Below are positions 17,343-24,945 of a DNA stretch of 64,000 bases, in pieces (position 1 is the stretch's first letter; the number at the start of each line of letters is the position of its first letter). The notes beneath the pieces are model-generated. The model worked only from the letters and a program-made list of their open reading frames with translations, was not told the DNA's origin and did no database searches. The position numbers were made by a program, and so were the translations under genes. Source of the stretch: an uncultured Oscillospiraceae bacterium (GTDB taxonomy: Bacteria > Bacillota > Clostridia > Christensenellales > CAG-314); assembly GCA_964533825.1 (NCBI GenBank), contig CAZHMU010000005.1, positions 31,599 through 95,598 on the forward strand. The letters run 5' to 3'.

Positions 17343-19094
17343 ATGAAACAAAGTATTGGGCTTAAATATAATATTTTAAAAGACGGCACTTCCTGCGAAG
17401 TTTCAGGAATAGGTACTTGTACGGATATTGATATTATTATTCCATCAACATATAATGGGAAACAGGTTACTGGTATAGCCGGCGGTGCTTTTTATGATTG
17501 TAGCGATATTACCAATATAAAAATTCAAAGTGGTGTGATTAAAATAGGCGCCAGTGCATTTCGCGGATGCTCAAAGTTAAAAGGTATTACAATACCATAT
17601 GGAGTAAATAGTATAAGTAATCTTACGTTTGCCGATTGTTCAAGTCTAAGAATAATTTTGATTCCATCGAGTGTAGAACAGGTATGCTCTTACGCCTTTG
17701 ATAATTGTAAAGGCATCAAGTTTGTTTACTATCAAGGCTCAGAGGAGCAATGGAAAAGAATATCCATAGGAGAAGGCAATGATGCTTTAATAAATGCACC
17801 CATAAAGTATATCATCGAAGATAGTATTGAAAAAGGCAATTATTCCGTAGGATTAAAGTACACTCTTTCTAAGGATAGAACTTATTATGAAGTGTCTGGA
17901 ATAGGGGAATGCTCTGACACTTATGTTGTCATACCATCAAGATATAACAAAATACCTATAGTCAAAATAGGGAGATCTGCGTTCTATGGTTGTAAAAATA
18001 TTAAATATGTCGAGATTTCAGAAGGTATCATTGATATTGAGGATTCCGCATTTCGCGATTGTACAAATTTAATAAGTGTTGCACTTCCAAATAGTGTAAC
18101 AAGTATTGGTAATGAGACTTTTCGTGGCTGCAAAGAGTTAAATAGCATCACAATACCATATAGCGTTAAAAAAATCGGGCATTCGGTATTTTCTGGATGC
18201 AGTAGTCTGTATAGCATCAAAATTCCATCTGGCGTGACAAATATTGGCGGTTATATGTTTTTTAATTGCAATAGCCTCAATAATATCAGTATTCCATCGA
18301 CTGTTTTAAGTATAGGATCAAATGCGTTTATGTATTGTTCAAGCTTAAAAAATGTATACTATGATGGAACTAAAAAACAATGGAATAAAATTACAATGTA
18401 CTGGGGTAATTATGCGCTCGTAAAAGTAGGCATCAAATTTAAGTGTGAGAATGCTGTCGATCTTGATGGTTTGGGAACCGATATTGCCGATGCAGATGTT
18501 TGTGATGAATGTAACATTGAAGATGATAATATTCGTGCATTGAAAAAAGAAATCGAAAAATTAAAACAGCCAATTCCAGTAGAAGAGTATATTGACCCTA
18601 TTATAGAAAAACCCATAACTATTACTAATATGAAACTGCAAGATTATTATCTTGAAATTGCATTTTCTCAAAGGATTAATTCTGATTGGAGCCAGCTTTT
18701 CCTCAGTCTGTACGGAAATATTTTGGCTGAATATGAAAAACAGACCCAGACTTTAGATGACAAATCTCCCGAAAAGAAGGTGCTTTCATACGTAATCCTC
18801 ATATTCCAAGAGCCAGTGATAAATGAGCAGGGTATAAGAGTTCAAATTAAGCATAACGATATAAATATTCCTGAAATCAAGCAAATTATTAGCCAATTTA
18901 TAAAAGTGATACAAAGTGTATTAAGAAAAATCCCTGATGAATATATTGCATTAAAAAAAGCTCCATTTTTGACAGAGCGTGAAGAAAAAATAAAAGCAAT
19001 TGAGGCACAAATCCAACAGATACAAACAATCAAGAGTATCAATGATATGTTGGGAGAGATGCTATCCACTTCGCTAGATAATACAGATAACTAA
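17343..19094 (+). CDS. signal-less BspA-type leucine-rich-repeat protein with unknown acidic/coiled-coil C-terminal domain
   Basis: RBS GGAGG. Two tandem LRR_5-type modules (IPS.YN....I...AF..C..L..I.IP..V..I) are followed by a ~200-aa C-terminus with heptad-like EEKIKAIEAQIQQIQTIKSINDML. No signal peptide, lipobox or TM was seen. Confidence 0.8.
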   Translation: MKQSIGLKYNILKDGTSCEVSGIGTCTDIDIIIPSTYNGKQVTGIAGGAFYDCSDITNIKIQSGVIKIGASAFRGCSKLKGITIPYGVNSISNLTFADCSSLRIILIPSSVEQVCSYAFDNCKGIKFVYYQGSEEQWKRISIGEGNDALINAPIKYIIEDSIEKGNYSVGLKYTLSKDRTYYEVSGIGECSDTYVVIPSRYNKIPIVKIGRSAFYGCKNIKYVEISEGIIDIEDSAFRDCTNLISVALPNSVTSIGNETFRGCKELNSITIPYSVKKIGHSVFSGCSSLYSIKIPSGVTNIGGYMFFNCNSLNNISIPSTVLSIGSNAFMYCSSLKNVYYDGTKKQWNKITMYWGNYALVKVGIKFKCENAVDLDGLGTDIADADVCDECNIEDDNIRALKKEIEKLKQPIPVEEYIDPIIEKPITITNMKLQDYYLEIAFSQRINSDWSQLFLSLYGNILAEYEKQTQTLDDKSPEKKVLSYVILIFQEPVINEQGIRVQIKHNDINIPEIKQIISQFIKVIQSVLRKIPDEYIALKKAPFLTEREEKIKAIEAQIQQIQTIKSINDMLGEMLSTSLDNTDN

Positions 19095-19140
19095 TCCGAT
19101 TATCTCTCAAATTACAGACCCCTATCCCACCCCATTTCCC

Positions 19141-19169
19141 TTGCCTATTCACGCAAAAAATGGTAAAAT
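19141..19169 (+). promoter_or_regulatory. promoter for yfcE-like gene
   Basis: TTGCCT, 17 nt, TGgTAAAAT (extended -10). Confidence 0.5.
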
Positions 19170-19200
19170 GGGGGCATCTTAAAAAAGGAATTATCTCACT

Positions 19201-19743
19201 ATGAAATTGATGATAGCAAGCGATATCCACGGCTCGGCACATTTTTGCAAGCAACTTGTTGAGCGTTTTCACGCCGAAAACCCTACAAAACTGCTAATTT
19301 TGGGGGACGTCTTGTATCACGGCCCACGCAATCCGTTGCCAACTGACTACAACCCACCAAAGGTTGCGGAAATGTTGAACGAAATTTGCGACCGCATCAT
19401 TTGGGTCAAGGGCAACTGTGATGCTGATGTTGACCAAGTGATGCTCAATTTCCCAGTGGTGGAAAACGCCCTGCTGTTTGTTGACGGACGCACAATTTTG
19501 GCATCCCACGGACACGTTCACTGCAAGGATACCCCACCAGCACTTTCCAAGGGCGACATCCTTGTCAACGGACACTTCCACGTGCCCACTGCGGAAAGCT
19601 TTGGCAACGATAACTTGTACGTCAACTGCGGATCCGTTTCCATCCCCAAACAAAACAGCCCACACAGTTACCTTGTTCTGGAAGATGGCACCTTTACTTG
19701 GAAAGACTTGCAAGGCAACACTTTCAAAACACACAAAATGTAG
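19201..19743 (+). CDS. yfcE: YfcE/MJ0936-family metallophosphoesterase
   Basis: MKLMIASDIHGS, LILGDVLYHGPRN, GNCD, SHGH and NGHFH are the calcineurin-like motifs in YfcE order. Confidence 0.85.
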   Translation: MKLMIASDIHGSAHFCKQLVERFHAENPTKLLILGDVLYHGPRNPLPTDYNPPKVAEMLNEICDRIIWVKGNCDADVDQVMLNFPVVENALLFVDGRTILASHGHVHCKDTPPALSKGDILVNGHFHVPTAESFGNDNLYVNCGSVSIPKQNSPHSYLVLEDGTFTWKDLQGNTFKTHKM

Positions 19744-19947
19744 TTGACGCAATAAGTGGTGTAGATACTACTTGTAACATCAAGCGGTTGTCAAGTTCAG
19801 TTGACAGTCAATCAATTCCAGCGATTTTTTGGATGGCCCCTACAAGTCATATCTTATAAGGGATGGCGCTCTTTACGCCCCGAAAAATATGCAAAAATCG
19901 CACTGTAAAATGCAACGGCATACTAAAAAACTCAATGCATACATCAA

Positions 19948-19984
19948 AAAGACGCTTTGGTTTACCCAAAGCGTCTTTTTGTTT
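19948..19984. terminator. bidirectional terminator (yfcE / protease)
   Basis: AAAGACGCTTTGG / CCAAAGCGTCTTT stem with flanking A-run and T-run. Confidence 0.75.
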
Positions 19985-20066
19985 TAGTTAGGTATTTAGT
20001 TGTTTAGGTACATCAATGCAAATTGTTTGATGTATCAACAATGTTGCAAAATTATCTTTGCATCAA

Positions 20067-22937
20067 CTATTCTCCATCTGCAAATGTGATGGTAATTGTC
20101 AAGCTATCCGCTGTTACGCTGTCAAAGCTGATGTCAAAGTTGACAAGCTTGCCATCGTTGCGAGTGTAGTTTGGTTGAGCTTGGCTAAACACATCCCCTG
20201 TTTGCCACAGGTCATCAGCAGCCGCACAACTAAAGTAGTCACCATAGATGTCTTGCACTTGGTCGCTTTCAAAGTTGGAGTCGCCGTCCGCTTCTACAAG
20301 CTTCAATAGTGGTGTGGCAGATGTTGAGTTGTTGTTGTCCGTAAAGGAGTAGTACTCGTCCCCGTAAGGGTTGGCAATGGTTGCGTCAACGTGATAGATA
20401 CGTGCGCCAAAGCTTGCGCCATCGTAGAGATAACTGTCATCAAGGCCTGCGTGCAATGCGTTGAGCCCTGTTGCCGAGTACAAATCTATGATTAGATACT
20501 CGCTAAAGTAAGTTCCGTCGTAGTCCAACAAAACAATGACAAACTGTCCACTGCTTTCCAAACTGCTGATGGTTATTGTTTGTGTGCCAGTCACGACAGC
20601 CGTAGGCTTAACCCAGCCAAGCAACAACTTGGAGTAAGCATTGTGGTCACCCACGGTGTAGTCCATCATATCCGCGCCGCCCAAACCTTTGTCACTGCCT
20701 TGGTTTGGATTGTAGTCGTAGTAGTCGTCCAGCCCCAACATATGGCCTGTTTCGTGTATGTATGTTGTCGCGTTGAGTTTCAATCCAGCAATGGGACTAA
20801 ATTCGTTGGGGTCGCTTGTTTCAATGTCCTCGTACATAAAGTCCACGCTTGCAAACAAGTAGGTGTAGGCATCCAAGTCGCCGTAGGACAGGTCGTCAGT
20901 GTATCCAGTAACGTATGCCCAGTAGTAGTCGCCATCGTAGTCGATAGGCGCACTGTAAATGATGTACACGCCATCAATAACGCCGTTTTGGTCAACGTCG
21001 TACTTGGTAAAGTCAAAGCCGCGTGCATACAGTTGGTCAAGTGCCAGCTTCACAATGTCTCCGCCGTAGTCACTTATGCCGTTTTTGTCAGTTTCAAAAC
21101 TGCCGTATGTAGAGCTCAACGTAACCTTGTCTGCAACGTCAAATGTCATGTTGAGTTTGCCGTAGGATGATGTTTGGTAGTAGCTTGCAACACTTTCCCA
21201 ACCGGTGTTTGCCTTGTTGTTGAACACGTTGGCAATGTCGGTAAGTTCTTGCGTGGTAAACTTGTCGTTGGAAAACTCCACAGGTACAACCAAAACGTTG
21301 TAGTTGCCTTGAGATGGCAATCCAGTGGACGCAAGGTATCCTTGTTGAGTGTCGTAGTTAGTGATTGCATCGTACAAGATGTCATCGTAGTCTTGGTGGT
21401 TGGCACTGTCATACGCTTGCTCTGGCATCACTTCTTTGGATGGTGTGGACGAGTCACCTGCACCAGTTGCCGAAATGGTGATGGTCTTGAAGTAGATTGA
21501 ACCAAGACCGGATGCGTTTGTTTTTGCAGGTACAACTTCAATCACAACTTTGCCACTAACGGCAGTGGTGGATGTAAATGTCAAAATATTGTTGTTGATA
21601 TTTTGGAATACAACCTCGCTTTGTCCGTCACAAGTAAATACAGTTGAGCCTACCTTTACAGTAACAGTGATGTCCGTTGTTTTGTTTGCGGAAATATCAA
21701 TAGTGATGGATGAAACATTGTCCACGTTTGTTGTGGATGTCAACGTAATGCCACCCAGTTGCTTTTGGAATTGAACACCGCGGTTGGCATCCCAACCGTC
21801 AACTTTTCTGCTTGCAACAAAGCTAACTTCGCCTGTGCTGTTCAAAGTTGTTGCTCCAGTGGATGTCTCAAATGTTGTTGTCAGTTCTTGGTTATCTCCA
21901 CTTGGTGGTGTAACATCTTCACCAGTGTTGTCGCCACCAGTATTATCATCAGTTGTATCGCCAACAACGTTCAGGTTGCTTACGTCCACTGTAACTGTGT
22001 CGTAGTTGGATAGTTGCACTGTGTAAGTAAACACCGCATCGTAGTAGTCGTCTTGTTGTGTGGCAACAATCTTGGTAACTTTGCCATTTGCGATGTACAA
22101 ATCAACTGCGGTGTAAGTGCAACTTTCGTATTCGCCAAACAAATCATTGCCTGCGTCACTTGGGCTGGTAGCACTGTAGTGGTCGTCACTTTGTACCCAA
22201 TCGTAGTTGCCAAGCAAAGCCAAATCTACCCAATCAAGGTAGCCGTAGTATATTTCGTAAAACTCGTCATAATTGTCGTTGTAGGATAGCTTTGTGTAGG
22301 TGCCGTCCTCGTTGTCGTAGTAGTAGAGTATGTCAGTATCGGTGTACACAACGTAGTCCACAAAGTTATTTTGCTCATCTGTGTAGTAAAAGTTGTAGCC
22401 GTCATACAAGTAGATGAGCGTGTAAGCATATACGTTGGCAATGGATGCTTTGTCTGCGTCAACACTAAACTTGAGTTCAAAGTTCCATTGTTCGTAGTCG
22501 ATGTAGTTGGCAAACACGTCACTCAAATCGGCATGTGTTGTATCTCCACTTGGTGGTGTAACAGTTCCACCTTGGTCATTGTTGTCGCTTCCGCCTTGAT
22601 TTGTATTGTCGTCACCGCCTTGATTGTTGTCCTCCGCTTGAACAATAACGATGATGGACTTACTTGCTCCTTCGTAACTGCAAGTAACAATAAACGCACC
22701 CGCCTTTGTAAAATCGGCATTGGGAGCATCAATCATCTCGTCAGTGACAAGCACACCTTCACCTTTATCATTGGTAATGGTAAAGTAATCTTTCAGGTCC
22801 ACAACTTGGCCAACAGTAACGGTGTAACTGTTTTCTTCACTGGATACAGTGTATGTTGATGGAGTAATGATGTCGCACGCACAAAAAACACAACTTAGGC
22901 ACACAATCATCAACAAAACTATGGCTAATTTCCTCAT
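20067..22937 (-). CDS. large secreted lipoprotein with C-terminal HExxH zinc metallopeptidase domain (M6/InhA-like motif context)
   Basis: The true start is Met36 of the track ORF (AAAGGAGAAG RBS). Signal/lipobox MRKLAIVLLMIVCLSCVFCAC. An Ig-like N-domain is followed by two Asn/Gly/Asp linkers each ending VTPPSGD, then HETGHMLGLDDYYDY. Confidence 0.8.
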   Translation of the reverse strand: MRKLAIVLLMIVCLSCVFCACDIITPSTYTVSSEENSYTVTVGQVVDLKDYFTITNDKGEGVLVTDEMIDAPNADFTKAGAFIVTCSYEGASKSIIVIVQAEDNNQGGDDNTNQGGSDNNDQGGTVTPPSGDTTHADLSDVFANYIDYEQWNFELKFSVDADKASIANVYAYTLIYLYDGYNFYYTDEQNNFVDYVVYTDTDILYYYDNEDGTYTKLSYNDNYDEFYEIYYGYLDWVDLALLGNYDWVQSDDHYSATSPSDAGNDLFGEYESCTYTAVDLYIANGKVTKIVATQQDDYYDAVFTYTVQLSNYDTVTVDVSNLNVVGDTTDDNTGGDNTGEDVTPPSGDNQELTTTFETSTGATTLNSTGEVSFVASRKVDGWDANRGVQFQKQLGGITLTSTTNVDNVSSITIDISANKTTDITVTVKVGSTVFTCDGQSEVVFQNINNNILTFTSTTAVSGKVVIEVVPAKTNASGLGSIYFKTITISATGAGDSSTPSKEVMPEQAYDSANHQDYDDILYDAITNYDTQQGYLASTGLPSQGNYNVLVVPVEFSNDKFTTQELTDIANVFNNKANTGWESVASYYQTSSYGKLNMTFDVADKVTLSSTYGSFETDKNGISDYGGDIVKLALDQLYARGFDFTKYDVDQNGVIDGVYIIYSAPIDYDGDYYWAYVTGYTDDLSYGDLDAYTYLFASVDFMYEDIETSDPNEFSPIAGLKLNATTYIHETGHMLGLDDYYDYNPNQGSDKGLGGADMMDYTVGDHNAYSKLLLGWVKPTAVVTGTQTITISSLESSGQFVIVLLDYDGTYFSEYLIIDLYSATGLNALHAGLDDSYLYDGASFGARIYHVDATIANPYGDEYYSFTDNNNSTSATPLLKLVEADGDSNFESDQVQDIYGDYFSCAAADDLWQTGDVFSQAQPNYTRNDGKLVNFDISFDSVTADSLTITITFADGE

Positions 22938-22971
22938 AAGTAACTTCTCCTTTTGAGATTTTTCTGTGTAA

Positions 22972-23256
22972 GGCTCTATCACAAACTCTGGTTGCCCTTT
23001 GACGGCAAAACGACTGTGCAATCTCCCACATTGCTCGGTCACAGACTTTGCAAGTATGCTCCGCGTCGCAACTAACGCTACATTGTTCGCAATGATGCAA
23101 AAAAAGCATCATTGCTCACTTTTAGCGTTGTTGCTCCTTTCCCCACAAACCAAGATTTGATTTTGTGGGGACCCCATTAGTTGCAATGTAGTTCTTGCTT
23201 GCGATTTATCCACCAAACCGCCTAACGGCCAATCAACCATTTTCTGCGACATATCC
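22972..23256 (+). mobile_element. ISL3-like MITE, long form (L1)
   Basis: The 5' end GGCTCTATCACAAACTCTGGTTGC and the 3' end ...CAATCAACCATTTTCTGCGACATATCC form imperfect terminal inverted repeats. It aligns end to end with the copy at 59293. Internal hairpins include GCAATGATGC/GCATCATTGC and CCCCACAAA/TTTGTGGGG. Confidence 0.75.
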
Positions 23257-23269
23257 TTTTGTTAAACAC

Positions 23270-23298
23270 ATTATACTTGCAATTTATTGCGCTGTCAA
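23270..23298 (-). promoter_or_regulatory. sigma-A promoter driving the protease gene through the MITE
   Basis: Minus strand TTGACA, 17 nt, TATAAT. It lies just outside the MITE, about 330 nt upstream of ATG 22937. Confidence 0.6.
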
Positions 23299-23320
23299 CG
23301 ATACGCAAATATCTTTATTG

Positions 23321-23338
23321 TTGATACTTTAGTATCAA
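23321..23338. promoter_or_regulatory. perfect palindrome, candidate operator
   Basis: TTGATACT tt AGTATCAA, 23 nt upstream of the -35 of the protease promoter. Confidence 0.3.
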
Positions 23339-23545
23339 AGCACAAAAAATCTACCAAACGTAGCTTAAAACCATCTGTATTTTGGCGGACCATTGACAAA
23401 ATTTTTAGTAAATGATTTGCAGAGTTTTGTTTTGATGCTTAAACGCAAACGTCACCCAATCGCCACTTGTAATATTCGAACTTTTTGTCCACACAAAACA
23501 ATGCAAAAACACACACCAATAATTGCAACAAAGGGCAAAATACGC

Positions 23546-23574
23546 TTGAACAGTTTGGCAACTTGGTGTATAAT
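23546..23574 (+). promoter_or_regulatory. sigma-A promoter of the riboswitch leader
   Basis: TTGAAC, 17 nt, TATAAT. Confidence 0.6.
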
Positions 23575-23591
23575 ACTTTCACAACACAATA

Positions 23592-23780
23592 GTTTGCAGG
23601 TTGCGTGAAACAATCGCATTTGTGGGGGAACAATGTGCAAATCATTGACAGTCCCGCTACGGTAAGGCCTTGCCAAGTCCGAATGCCCAACTGCAACAAT
23701 TTTTAAGGATGGTCTTCGATGCAAAGATACAACTCACTTTTGCCACGCAAAAATGGTTGTATTTGCGGTGGCATTTTTTC
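23592..23780 (+). promoter_or_regulatory. cobalamin (B12) riboswitch with terminator expression platform
   Basis: The core GGGGAAcaaTGTGcAAATCattgACAGTCCCGCTACGGTAAgg matches the conserved GGGAA..GGTG.AAATCC...CAG.CCCGC.AC.GTAA segment. A B12-box-like AGTCCGAATGCCC and a closing GTTGC/GCAAC helix follow, then the terminator GCCACGCAAA/TTTGCGGTGGC plus T6. Confidence 0.65.
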
Positions 23781-23785
23781 GTTTA

Positions 23786-23947
23786 GGCTCACTCACAAGA
23801 GCTGGTTTGCTTTTTGACGGCAAAAGTTCTGCGTAGATAGCGACGTTTTGTTCAGTCGCAGATGTTCCACGTATGCTCCTTCACATCAACGACGCTCCTA
23901 CTTGCCTTTTCTTTGTCACATCGCCTAACGGCTAACCAACTATCCCA
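23786..23947 (+). mobile_element. ISL3-like MITE, diverged/truncated copy (L2a)
   Basis: GGCTCACTCACAAGAGCTGGTTTGCTTTTTGACGGCAAAAG ... CGCCTAACGGCTAACCAACTATCCC carries the same 5' and 3' modules as the other copies. Confidence 0.6.
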
Positions 23948-23948
23948 T

Positions 23949-24020
23949 GCTCTTCGCAAGGTCTTGGTTGCTTTTTGATAGCAAAATGACTCACGCAACC
24001 AAACCATCCCACAATGATTG
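23949..24020 (+). mobile_element. ISL3-like MITE fragment, 5' module only (L2b)
   Basis: GCTCTTCGCAAGGTCTTGGTTGCTTTTTGATAGCAAAATGACTC abuts L2a. Confidence 0.5.
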
Positions 24021-24069
24021 TGCCACCATTGTTGTTGTAAAAAATACATCACGAAAAGGAGAAAAAACA

Positions 24070-24573
24070 ATGAAACACACAAAAAGATTGCTAACGTGGA
24101 TTTTGGCAGTAGTGCTTGTTGTTGGCGCATTGTGTTTGGTTGCTTGTGTGGAAAAACCCACACCACAGCAACTCACGGAACTAACTGTGCCCAATCTCAA
24201 GGATGGTCAAGTGGCTGTCATCATCAAAAATGGCGACAAAGACTTTACCAGCTACGTCGTATCACTCACTGACGAAATGACAAAGGTTGCAGACGTACTG
24301 CAATATCTCAAGGATAACGGTATGTCCCTCGACTGGACAGACTCCGACTACGGCAAAATGATCAACGCCATTGGTCAAATCACTCCAGACCCATCCAAAA
24401 ACGAGTTTGTAGCATTTTTCACAAGCGTACAAGCAGACAAAGGCAACTGGGCTGGCGTGCCTACCTACACACTAGGGGACACAGAACTGCAAATTGTATC
24501 CGCACAAGTGGGTGTAAGTGATGCCACAGTGGAAAGCGGTGCAGTTTTCTACTTTGAAATTTCCACCTATTAA
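24070..24573 (+). CDS. DUF4430 (transcobalamin-like fold) lipoprotein
   Basis: The true start is Met42 of the track ORF (GGAGAAAAAACA ATG). Lipobox LCLVAC. The DUF4430-like body reads ...SDYGKMINAIGQI...W.....G.....GVSDATVESGAVFYFE. It lies downstream of the B12 riboswitch. Confidence 0.7.
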   Translation: MKHTKRLLTWILAVVLVVGALCLVACVEKPTPQQLTELTVPNLKDGQVAVIIKNGDKDFTSYVVSLTDEMTKVADVLQYLKDNGMSLDWTDSDYGKMINAIGQITPDPSKNEFVAFFTSVQADKGNWAGVPTYTLGDTELQIVSAQVGVSDATVESGAVFYFEISTY

Positions 24574-24590
24574 TATTGCAAAGTCTTCTC

Positions 24591-24618
24591 GTAGGGGGGC
24601 GAGCCGTGCTCGTCCGCA
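24591..24618 (+). repeat. H-family hairpin copy
   Basis: GTAGGGGGGCGAGCcgtGCTCGTCCGCA. Confidence 0.7.
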
Positions 24619-24629
24619 CCTTGTAAAAA

Positions 24630-24672
24630 GGCTCTCACTTTGGGAGAGCTCCCACGTAGTGGGTGAGAGGGG
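24630..24672 (+). repeat. S-family nested hairpin copy
   Basis: GGCTCTCACTTTGGGAGAGCT-[CCCAC gta GTGGG]-TGAGAGGGG. Confidence 0.7.
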
Positions 24673-24715
24673 TTAGAGACAGTCACATTGGACGCCAACA
24701 AATTTTCAAAACTTT

Positions 24716-24739
24716 AGGGGAGGCGTTTCGCCTCCCGCA
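24716..24739 (+). repeat. H-family hairpin copy
   Basis: TAGGGGAGGCGtttCGCCTCCCGCA. Confidence 0.7.
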
Positions 24740-24756
24740 CATACTCTACAATCTCT

Positions 24757-24782
24757 CGCGGGAGAGGTAAACCCTCCCCCAC
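24757..24782 (-). repeat. H-family hairpin copy, inverted orientation
   Basis: The reverse complement reads GTGGGGGAGGGtttaCCTCTCCCGCG. Confidence 0.65.
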
Positions 24783-24945
24783 AAACACTATCATACTACT
24801 GTAAGGGTAGACGCAACTATACTTCCAATCACAAACAAATTTTACAAAATAACCAACCAGCTATGAAACGCACAAAGTGCTCTATACCAACCGTGCACTG
24901 CACTTGGCGGTAATAAAATTTTTGAAGTATTCAAATTAATCAATT

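Noticed and set aside
18480-19094. ADP-ribosyltransferase toxin domain in the C-terminal part of the LRR protein, which would complete a writer/eraser pair.
   Set aside because: I could not find an R-S-E or H-Y-E catalytic triad pattern by eye. The region looks acidic and coiled-coil. The question is left open for structure-based search.
15363-19200. Prophage remnant or integrative element as an explanation for the AT-rich islet.
   Set aside because: No integrase, recombinase, phage structural gene, tRNA attachment site or flanking direct repeats were seen. The islet is retained only as a compositional island of unknown origin.
22938-23042. N-terminal extensions of track ORFs: protease 22938-23042, marR 59234-59365, DUF4430 gene 23947-24069, Gx transporter 29493-29720, and ABC 41990-42082.
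   Set aside because: The extensions are translations of MITE/hairpin repeats or of promoter DNA. In each case an internal start with a proper RBS, followed by a signal peptide or the conserved N-terminus, fits better.
24589-24830. Possible CRISPR array, suggested by closely spaced palindromic repeats.
   Set aside because: The repeats are not identical and belong to two families. They occur in both orientations with irregular spacing, and no cas genes or leader are present.
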